Source: Basidiobolus meristosporus CBS 931.73 (taxonomy: Eukaryota > Fungi > Basidiobolomycota). From it: 64,000 bases of DNA. A program made the position numbers and the translations under genes. The stretch is from positions 3,641 through 67,640 of the forward strand of contig MCFE01000488.1 in assembly GCA_002104905.1 (NCBI GenBank), given 5' to 3'. Positions 49,739 to 59,994 of this stretch are shown here, one piece after another. Each line of letters begins with the position of its first letter. The stretch's first letter is position 1. Below the pieces are notes generated by a model. That model was not told where the DNA came from. It made no database searches and saw nothing but the letters and a program-made list of their open reading frames with translations.

Positions 49739-52700
49739 ATGCCTGAGAGCCCAGAGACTAGGGAGGCCATGCTGTGTCAGGTAAACCTGGGGATTCTTGC
49801 ACTCTACTTTCCAATGGAGGCCTAAACCACACTTACGTGTTTCTTAGCCTATTGCTACCTCAGAGAATGGTGAATCTGAGGTGTTGGTAAAGGAGGACTC
49901 CCCTGAAGAGAAGCCAGCATCGGGGGCGGTGAAAGCGGAGGATTCTGGTGAGCCCAAAGAGCTGACCGAAAGACAACAGGTACATTTCATGGTAGCCCTG
50001 GGTGGCAGTGCGTCTGCCATCAACACCACTAGCTTACTGACTGGCGGGTCCAATGACTGTCTTAGGCAATGGCAGATTTCAAGCGGGATACAGAGAATAG
50101 CCGATTAAACCGACTCAACTACCTCTTGGAAAAGTCCACCTTGTACTCTCAATTTCTCACCCAAAAGTTGGAGAAAGAGCAACAGGAAAAGCGGGACAAA
50201 GCTTTAGATCAGAAGCAGGCGAGCACTAACGCCACAACCAGAAAAAGCACCCGCGGTCGTAAGCGAAAGAACCCAGAGAACGAAGCTTTCGATGAGATCA
50301 GTGAATTGGTGAGTTTTGAGCAGCCCTGTGTCCGTGCAAGAGGTTCCTTTGTAACCAGCGACTTTAGGAACTTGCCAAACGACACAAAAATGAAAATGGC
50401 AAAGCCAGCACCCCATCGGCACTGGGCCAAAACGTATCCGCTCGTCAGCCTATCTTGCTCACTGGTGGTATCATGAAAGAGTACCAGTTGGCAGGCCTTG
50501 AATGGCTGGTCTCGCTCTATGAGAATGGATTGAACGGGATTTTGGCCGATGAAATGGGCCTCGGGAAGGTGTGTGCCCTTTTGTGGATCTGTGTGTCATG
50601 GGCTGCCTAATTGACATTACTGTACTAGACCCTTCAGACCATCAGTTTCTTTGCGTACCTGCGAGAGCGTAACGTTTGGGGGCCATTTTTGGTCGTCGCT
50701 CCCATGTCCACCCTATCCAACTGGGTGAATGAGTTCAACAAGTACGCTTCTTGTTTTGCCAACTACCGTCTCGCAGTCACTCACGCTCGAATCTAGGTTC
50801 ACTCCATCCATCCCAGTTGTCCTTTATCACGGTACGCCTGATGAACGAGCTGAATTACGTAAAAAGCGCATGAAGAAGCTGGGCGAGACTTTCCCCGTGG
50901 TGGTGACGTCTTATGAGTTAATCATCAACGACCGGAAATTCCTTCAAGTAAGTCCAAGCAATGAGCCCCGAGTGGATATCGGTCAATTAACACAGAGCTA
51001 GAAATATGCATGGAAATACTTGGTGATAGATGAAGGGCATCGTATCAAGAACATGAACTGCAAGCTAGTTCAGGAGCTTAAGCAATACCGCAGTGCCAAT
51101 CGGTTGTTGCTAACTGGAACACCATTGCAGGTTGGTCCGAGATATGTTGTTCGAATCGAGATTAAGATCGTGCGCCTCATGTTCCCTATCCACAGAACAA
51201 TCTATTGGAGCTCTGGTCATTGCTCAACTTCCTGCTCCCAGATATCTTCGATAGCGTCGACATCTTCCAAAGCTGGTTCGACTTCAATGACCTGACTGAC
51301 CAGAAAGGCAGAGATAAGGTCATCAATGACGAATCGCAGCACAATATTGTTTCCAAGCTTCATCACATCCTCAAGCCGTTCCTATTACGACGACTCAAAT
51401 CGGATGGTACCTGCAGCCTCATCCCCTTTGCTCTTGGCCAGCCGTCTAACAGATTTGCTATATGTAGTTGAGTTGGGACTACCCAAGAAAAGAGAGTATG
51501 TCCTTTACGCCCCAATGACTGCCAAGCAGAGGGAGTACTACGATGCAATCCTAAACAATCAGATGAGGAGCTTCTTGAAGAAGCGCATGGGTATTGAGGA
51601 CTGTGAGATAACCAACGAACCTGAAGGTATGTTCATCCGGGCTTGCCGCGTAGTCTTTCTTCTTTGCTGAGCCCAACTTCGTAATGTTTATAAGGTCGGA
51701 GCCGTCGTCGTTCTACCAAGAAAGATGTAAACTATGCGACGGTATCGGACAGCAAGTTCTTTAAAGAGCTGGAGAACGCTGAGGCAGCCGAGGAGGAAGC
51801 CTCTCTCGACATGACTAGCACTAGTGAGAGCAGTAAGTCCGTTTTGCCGCATGCCATGCATAGCGCAGTGGAACCTAACCCAAACCTCGTCTCCAGAACC
51901 CGGCATGTTGAAGCTAAAGCACATGAAGTTGCAAATGGTCATGACGCAACTATGCAAAGCGTGTAACCATCCATACTTGTTCGATGGCCCTTACGATGAA
52001 GAGACTGGCTACCTTAACGTGACTGAGGACCTCAAGGCGTCCAGCGGAAAAATGATCCTCTTGGATCAATTACTCACAGCACTTATTAGCAGAGGACATC
52101 GCGTCTTAATTTTCTCTCAGATGACCACGATGCTGGATATCATTGAGGACTGGTTGATGATTATGAAGGGCTGGAAATGTTGTCGGATCGATGGCACGGT
52201 TGGCCAGGACACACGGCGAGACCAGATCCGCGAATTCAATGACAGCGACATCGAGATCTTTTTGCTCAGCACTCGTGCCGGTGGGCTGGGTATCAACCTG
52301 ACTGCGGCCGACACGGTCATTCTGTTCGACAACGATTGGAACCCCCAGATGGATCTTCAGGCTCAGGATCGTGTCCATCGTATTGGCCAAACAAAGCCGG
52401 TCATTATTTATCGATTTGTCACGTCCAACTCCATTGAGTCGAAAATCTTGGATCGCGCCAACAGCAAACGAACCCTCGAAAAGCTGGTGATACACAAAGG
52501 GCAGTTCAAGGGGAACAACAAGAACCAGGTGAACTTGAAGCTGGAGGATCTGATGGAGATTCTTGAGAATGGCGATGAGAACTCGAAGGTGATTCAAAAC
52601 GGAGATGCCGTACTGTCCGAAGAGGATCTTGAGAAGATCCTCGATCGCTCTCCGGAGGCGTATGAAAGGTCCACGAAGCAAGACGCTGGAAGTACATTCA

Positions 52701-52753
52701 AACAAGTCAACACTGCCGCTGATGAGCAAAACGATGCGCTTAGTTCGATGTAG
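49739..52753 (+). CDS. HELLS: SNF2-family remodeler, Lsh/HELLS/DDM1/Irc5 subfamily; ~10 exons
   Basis: [42 protein letters not shown]|T, DEGH, LTGTPLQ|[22 protein letters not shown] and [11 protein letters not shown]. All introns are in frame. Confidence 0.92.
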
Positions 52754-53626
52754 TGTCGGTGTTTGTGGTTGGACATTTCTGCTTGTGTTCTAGTATAAAG
52801 TAATTAGTATAAATCATTCCTATAGAAATAAAACTTGGCTCGTTCATCAAATGTTGTATTTGCCTCTGGCACGATCCAGGATCCCAATACAGCTTTGGGT
52901 AGTGATGCCTGGAGTACCATGAAGTAACTTAATAGGGACAGAGTCAAAAAGCACGCTCAACTTTGTTCATCTGCATTCAAATAGGATTGGTGTATGGGGG
53001 GGGGTTTCTCTTTGACTATTAGCAACAATTATGTGGACTAGATGATACGTACCAACAACATTGTGTTCTTGTCAGTCACAGTTGTGCGTATTGTCTATGG
53101 TGCATGCTATATTCCTGCCTCCAGTTGATGGTTCTCAAATCAATGGATGATATTCTAGACTTTTTGATCATAATGGCTTAATGGCTGCATACTATTGCAC
53201 CTTCTGGATAATCCCTGACCTGCATTGTGTATTGATTTACCAATTCATGAAATGATGATGATGATGTATTGTCACCTCTCCCTGCTCACGTATTGCACTA
53301 CAACTATGGCAACAATTTGGTATTCATCCAAGCCACTAATATACTTATGATTTAGATTATCTTGTTGTTAATCTATTAATTATTGACTTAAAATCAAATT
53401 GTAGGTAAGTAACCAATTCTTTTGATTAATGGGGGTCTTGAAACTATTGCCTTTCTCCAGCTCATCCATTACCCCAAGCTTTGCGCACTGCTTGATGGGA
53501 CCTTTTGTAAAACTCTATTGTTGCCTACATTATAAAGCTTCCCCAAGGGTATAAATATATATCTTGGGCTCAACAAGACAGTACTACATCATAAGCTTTG
53601 GAGTTATGCAAACAGATTAAGAGATT

Positions 53627-54041
53627 AGACTTGTTCTGTTGGATAGTGCCACATTGAGTCATGAGCACCAAATAATGCCATAGTGTCCCAGAGAGGCAAA
53701 GTAGACCCATATTTGGCCCCAGAGTGTGAAAAGCTGCTCTACATCTTTATGCAAAGTAGCCCCTGTGTTTCACCTTCTGTGATGGAGAAAATCCTATTTT
53801 TGACCTCTTTTTGGGCTCAATATTGTGCATGATGTGTAAGAGTGCAGAAGGACTGAAGACATATATATGGTATTCAATACCTGTAGCACTCTGAATCTAG
53901 CTGCAGAGGCTTGTAGCATGTCACAAAAATGCATGGTACTCTCTTGGTCTACTGGTACTATCTGACACTATATTCAAATATTAGCCCTAAAGTAAAACCC
54001 ATACAAAGCACTTGTAATGCTAGATAGTGCCATGCATTTAT
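53627..54041. mobile_element. Truncated copy of the foldback/MITE-like element (one arm, spacer, start of second arm)
   Basis: Begins ATT|AGACTTGTTCTGTTGGATAGTGCC. The arm to 53972 is homologous to the arms at 62285-63017, and the spacer is in the opposite orientation. It is cut at the Copia LTR at 54042. Confidence 0.85.
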
Positions 54042-54398
54042 TGTTGTAAGAGTCTTGGAGATATTGGAAGTGATTGGGAGAACAAGTAGATAATGTGGTT
54101 TTCACTTAATGATTTATTGAATGTAAAAGTAGTATTTATACTTTTTCCTCGTCTTGGCATTACAAACACATAAAATAAGTTAAGGAAGGTCCCAAGAACA
54201 TGTGTGCAAAGTTTGGGGCTGTTTGGACAACTTGGAGAATTTTCATGTTCTGGGTAAATATTCTAAGTAAATCCCAACAAGGAATTTGGTCAGTATTCTC
54301 TAGGATTTGAGGGTAATGATCTAAGTGACTAAGTTAGGTGAATATTTAGGTGGAAATACAAATTTTTACTACACTCCCACTCAGCTAAATGTTCATAC
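54042..54398 (-). mobile_element. Copia copy B (inverted): 3' LTR (54042-54373, 17-bp internal deletion), PPT and last pol bases
   Basis: Reverse complement of the A LTR, followed by CTCCCACTCAGCTAAATGTTC, the reverse complement of the end of pol plus the PPT. Confidence 0.92.
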
Positions 54399-54747
54399 TG
54401 TTGTAAAAGTTTGTATTTCCACCTAAATATTCACCCAACTTAGTCACTTAGATCATTACCTTCAAATCCTGAATTATACTGACCAAATTCCTTGTTGGGA
54501 TTTACTTAGAATATTTTCACCAAAATACCAGGTACCCAGAACATGAAAATTCTCAAAGTTGTCCAAACAGCCCCAAACTTTGCACACATGCTCTTGGGAC
54601 CTTCCTTAACCTATTCTACGTGTTTGTTATGCCAAGACCAGGTAAAAGTATAAATACTACTTATACAATCAATAAATCATTAAGTGAAAACCACATAATC
54701 TACTTGTTCTCCAAATCACTTCCAATATCTCCAAGACTCTTACAACA
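54399..54747 (+). repeat. 5' LTR of copy A
   Basis: TGTTGTAAAA...TTACAACA; about 10 differences from the 3' LTR by eye. Confidence 0.95.
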
Positions 54748-54760
54748 GGTTATGAGACCC
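54748..54760 (+). other. Primer-binding site, half-tRNA-iMet type
   Basis: GGTTATGAGACCC directly follows the LTR. The first 9 nt complement the CUCAUAACC anticodon arm of fungal initiator tRNA-Met, as in Drosophila copia and Ty5. Confidence 0.75.
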
Positions 54761-57700
54761 AAGCTGTCACTCTCTGCAATGTCTACTACTGCTATTACTG
54801 GAATTTTTCCCTCTGCTGAAAAGTTGGATGGCTCTAACTACCAAGTGTGGAAGGTGAAGATGAAGATGCTGCTACAAGAAAGAGGCCTTTGAGATATTGT
54901 CATGGGAGAAGAATGCCCTCTTAAAAACGTGGGAGAGGAAGCCTTAAAGTACCAGAAGAAAGAACAAAGTACCTTTAACTGCATTTGCCTTAATGTCAAG
55001 GACAAACTGCTAATTCAATGCTCAAGAGCAAAAACGGCAAAGAATGCCTGGAAGGCATTAGAAGACACCTACCAGTCATGTTCAGCTGCCAAGAAAATGT
55101 ATCTGAGAAGAAGATTCTTTACTACAAAGATGCTGCCAGGAGAAGAAATGAAAAATCTAATTAACAGAATTACCCTGCTGGTAGATGAGATGGAATCTGT
55201 GGGTGTACCAACTACTGATGAGGATGTAATAGTTACCATCCTGAATAGCCTGACAGACAAGTTTCAGGGCCTTGTATCAGCCCTAGAGTCCAGAACTGAA
55301 GATTGGACCTTAAATTACGTATATGGAAGGCTCCTGGATGAAGAATTAAGAAAATCAAGCGCCAATAAGAAGGAAGAAGAAAATGCTTTAATAAGCATTG
55401 ATAACCAACAAAGGAGGTACCCAAGACCCTACAAAGGTAACAGCAACCTATTTTGCAACTACTGCAAAAGGAAAGGACACACATCAGACCGGTGTTTCAA
55501 AAAGAGAGATTATCAGCAAAAGAAGCCTGAATATGGAAATGCTGCAACAACTGAAGATAGACTATTCATATCTGCACTAAATATGACCACAAACAAGGAT
55601 TCTCAGATGTGGTATATTGACTCTGGAGCTTCTCAACACTTTACACACCAAAAAGAACTTTTTACCCAATATCAAGAAATTCCAATTAAGAAGGTTTTCA
55701 TGGGTGACAATAGAACACTTGATGCAGTGGGAGAAGGAACTATCCAAGTAAACCTTAGAAGCAGTGAAGGAAGCCATACACTGACCTTTAAAGGAGTACT
55801 CTATGTACCAGAAATAGCCAAGAACCTACTCTCTGTAAGCAAGGCCACAGCAGAAGGACTCAGTTTCAGTTTTGACAATTCTGGATGCAGGATCACTGAT
55901 CAAAATGGTGCTCATATTGCTTTGGGCATCAGAGATCAGAATCTATACAAGTTGACTTATATTCCATCATATCTGTAAGCCAATATAAGTAACTTAAATG
56001 AAGAAGCACCAATGCTCTGGCACAGGAGATTTGGACACATCAATTATGATTATTTGCATAAAATGATCAAAGATCAGCTAATTTCTGGAGTGAAAATTGA
56101 TCCCCCAGCTAATTTGGAGCACTGTGAAGCCTGCATATATGGGAAACAAGCCAGACAACTGTTCAAGAGCTCTGGGTTAATCAAAACTAAGAAAAAATTA
56201 GATCTAATTCACTCAGATCTGTGTGGACCTATGCAAAATTTATCCTTAGGCGGGATGAAGTATCTAATCACTTTGATGATGATTATACAAGATACACATG
56301 GGTCTACTTCATGGAGAGAAAGGAAGAAGCTCTGTCTAAGTTCAGGGAGTTTAAAGCCATGGTGGAGAGAGAAACTGGTGAAAAAATCAAGAAAATACGC
56401 TCTGAAAATGGTGGGGAATATGCCTCAAAACTCTTCATCCACTTCTGCAAAATTCATGGGATAAAGCAAGAGACTACTGTACCATACTCCCCACAGCAAA
56501 ATGGAGTAGCAGAACACGCTAACAGATCAATAATTGATATGGCAAGATCTATGATCCATGATCAAAAATTATCCTATGATTTTTGGGCGGAATCAGTTGC
56601 CACTGCTGTATACCTTAAAAATAGGAGTTATAACAGAATACTTTGTGATTCTACTCCATTTGAAGCATGGTATGGATACAGACCAAGTGCAGAACATCTA
56701 AGTGCATTTGGGTGTACAGCATATGCCAAAAAACTGGCTGGAAATCAGTCAAAATTTGAGCCAAAAGTGTAAAATGCATATTTTTGGGCTACTGCAATGA
56801 GAGTAAGACATATGGGCTCTAAAATATCAAAGCAAAGAAGCTTATCAAGTCCAGGGATGTGTTGTTTGATGCAAATTCAAAATTTTCACAAAAAATGACA
56901 TCAGATGATGACAAAAATTTGATCTCAAGTCCACCAATTGTCAGGATTGAATCAGAGCAAAACAATGAGAATTTCTTCACTCCAGAGGACTCTACAACCA
57001 TGGTTCAGCCAGAATCAGTGCCCAGGAATATCCCAGAAGTGATCATTCCTGTATCAAATGCCCGGAGATCAAATCGGACAAGAAATAGCCCAAATTACTA
57101 TATCAATGAGGGTACAAATATAGCCTATGCCTATTCAGTCCATATTGATGAACCCCAGACTGTAAAAGAGGCCCTAAATAGCCCTCAGATGAAGTTTTGG
57201 AGATCTGCAATGACTGAGGAATATCAGGCCCTGATGGGAAATCAAACTTGGGACTTAGTCAAATTACCAATCAACCAAAAATCAATTGGATGCAGATGGG
57301 TCTTCAAGACAAAATACAAGGCTGATGGTACAATTGAAAGATACAAGGCAAGACTTGTAGCCAAAGGATACTCTCAAACAAAAGGACTTGACTATACTGA
57401 GACCTTTGCACCGGTAGCCAAGTTTAATTCCATCAGATTAATATTGGCTATTGCAGCCAAATATAAGTTTTTTTATTCATCAAATGGATGTAAAAACCGC
57501 ATTTTTAAATGGAGAACTTGATGAGGACGTGTATATGGACCAGCCTGATGGGCTTGCTGACCAAAATAACCCCCATTTGGTCTGCGGGTTAAAAAGTCAC
57601 TATATGATCTCAAACAATCACTGAGAGCCTGGAATTGCAAGATAGATTCTTATTTGGAATCTTTGAGTTTCAAAAGAAGTAATGCTGACTATAGTATATA

Positions 57701-58723
57701 CTATAAGCCAGATAGAGCAAGTCCAGTTCTATTAGCTCTATATGTGGATGATCTTATTATAGCTGCCAATAACCTAGAAATATTGGAAGAGACTAAATCC
57801 AGCCTATCTAAGGAGTTCAAGATGTCTGATCTAGGAGAACTTAGTTACTACTTAGGGATTAAGTTCTCCATAGACAGAAGTACCCAGACTATTACCCTAA
57901 GCCAATCCAAGTATATTCAAGATATACTAAAGAAGTACAAAATGGAAGACTGTAAACCGGCAGCTACCCCAATGGAGACAAACCTTAACTTGGTCAAAAC
58001 TCAACCAAATCAAGAGAGCTTGGTGCCATCTGAAAGCCCTGACTTTCCTTATCAATCTATGGTCAGCAGTCTGATGTATATCATGCTTGGAACACGTCCA
58101 GATATCTCATATTCAGTGGGAGTTGTCAGCCAACATAATCAGAACTATGGATCTGATCATATTGCAGCAGTTAAGCGGATTTTTAGATACCTAGAAGGAA
58201 CTGCTGATATTTGCTTAAGATACACTTATAAGGACTCAGAACAACATCTTGTGGGATACTCTGATGCAGATTGGGGACAAAATTTGGAAGACAGAAGATC
58301 CACTACAGGATACACCTTTCTTTACTGTAAAGGAGCAATTTCATGGAATTCAAGAAAGCAACCAACTGTAGCACTTTCTACTACAGAGGCAGAGTATATG
58401 GCAGCCTGTGAAGCTACAAAAGAAGCAATGTGGTTAAGAAAGCTCTTTACAGATTTAGGCCTATGTCAAAAAACGCCTATTACTTTATTTCAAGATAATC
58501 AAGGATTTATACAATTAGGTAGAAATCCAACTTTTCATGCTAGAACCAAGCACATAGATATTAGACATCATTTCATATGTGAAGCTATAGAGAATAACTT
58601 AGTTAGCTTAGTTTATTGTCCTACAGATGAAATGATTGCAGACATATTTACCAAACCATTAGCTAGAGACAAGTTTGAATATCTTAGGTCAAAATTAGGA
58701 CTAGTCAGTAGGAACATTTAGCT

Positions 58724-58732
58724 GAGTGGGAG
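58724..58732 (+). other. Polypurine tract of copy A
   Basis: GAGTGGGAG immediately before the 3' LTR. Confidence 0.8.
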
Positions 58733-59081
58733 TGTTGTAAAAATTTGTATTTCCACCTAAATATTCACCTAACTTAGTCACTTAGATCATTACCTTCAAA
58801 TCCTAGAAAATACTGACCAAATTCCTTGTCGGGATTTACTTAGAATATTTCCACCAAAATACCAGGTACCCAGAACATGAAAATTCTCAAAGTTGTCCAA
58901 ACAGCCCCAAACTTTGCACACATGCTCTTGGGACCTTCCTTAACCTATTCTACATGTTTGTTATGCCAAGACCAGGTAAAAGTATAAATACAACTTATAC
59001 AATCAATAAATCATTAAGTGAAAACCACATAATCTACTTGTTCTCCAAATCACTTCCAATATCTCCAAGACTCTTACAACA
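58733..59081 (+). repeat. 3' LTR of copy A
   Basis: 349-bp direct repeat of 54399-54747. Confidence 0.95.
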
Positions 59082-59994
59082 CATACTGACTAGTCCTAAT
59101 TTTGACCCAAGATATTCAAACTTGTCTCTAGCTAATGGTTTGGTAAATATGTCTGCTATCATTTAATCTGTAGGACAGTAAACTAAGCTAACTAAGTTAT
59201 TCTCTATAGCTTCACGTATGAAATGATGTCTAATATCTATGTGCTAGGCTCTAGCATGAAAAGTGGGATTTCACCTAATTGTATACATCCTTGATTATCT
59301 TGAAATAAAGTAATAGGCGTTTTTTGACATAGGCCTAAATCTGTCAAAAGCTTTCTTAACTACATTGCTTCTTTTGTAGCTTCACAGGCTGCCATATACT
59401 CTGCCTCTGTGGTGGAAAGTGCTACAGTTGGTTGCTTTCTTGAATTCCATGAAATTGCTCCTTTACAGTAAAGAAAGGTGTCTCCTGTGGTGGATCTTCT
59501 GTCTTCCAAGCTTTGTCTCCAATCAGCATCAGAGTATCCCACAAGATCCTGTTCTGAATCCTTATAAGTGTATCTTAAGCAGATATCAGCAGTTCCTTTT
59601 AGGTATCTAAAAATCCGCTTAACTGCTGCAATATGATCAGATCCATAGTTCTGATTATGTTGGCTGACAACTCCCACTGAATATGAGATATCTGGACGTG
59701 TTCCAATCATGATATACATCAGACTGCCAACCATAGATTGATAAGGAAAGTCAGGGCTTTCAGATGGCACCAAGCTCTCTTGATTTGGTTGAGTTTTGAC
59801 CAAGTCAAGGTTTGTCTCCATTGGGGTAGCTGCTGGTTTACAGTCTTCCATTTTGTACTTCTTTAGTATATCTTGAATATACTTGGACTGACTTAGGGTG
59901 ATAGTCTGGGTATTTCTGTCTATGGAGAACTTAATCCCTAACTAGTAACTAAGTTCTCCTAGATCAGACATCTTGAACTCCTTAGATAGGCTGG
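59082..59994 (-). mobile_element. Copia copy B (inverted), RT 3' part and RNase H, truncated at a fusion junction
   Basis: Continues seamlessly from 54398 across the CATAC TSD. ORF 59360-59851 is RT/RNase H. Ends at ...GATAGGCTGG. Confidence 0.92.

Larger units (their letters stand above)
54399..59081 (+). mobile_element. Full-length Ty1/Copia LTR retrotransposon, copy A (4683 bp), coding region disabled
   Basis: 349-bp TG...CA LTRs; 5-bp TSD CATAC (54394-54398, 59082-59086). Gag CNYCKRKGHTSDRC knuckle, protease WYIDSGASQH, integrase WHRRFGH..CEAC and DLCG, RT YVDD, RNase H GYSDADW/EAEY, in Copia order. Several stops and frameshifts. Confidence 0.97.
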
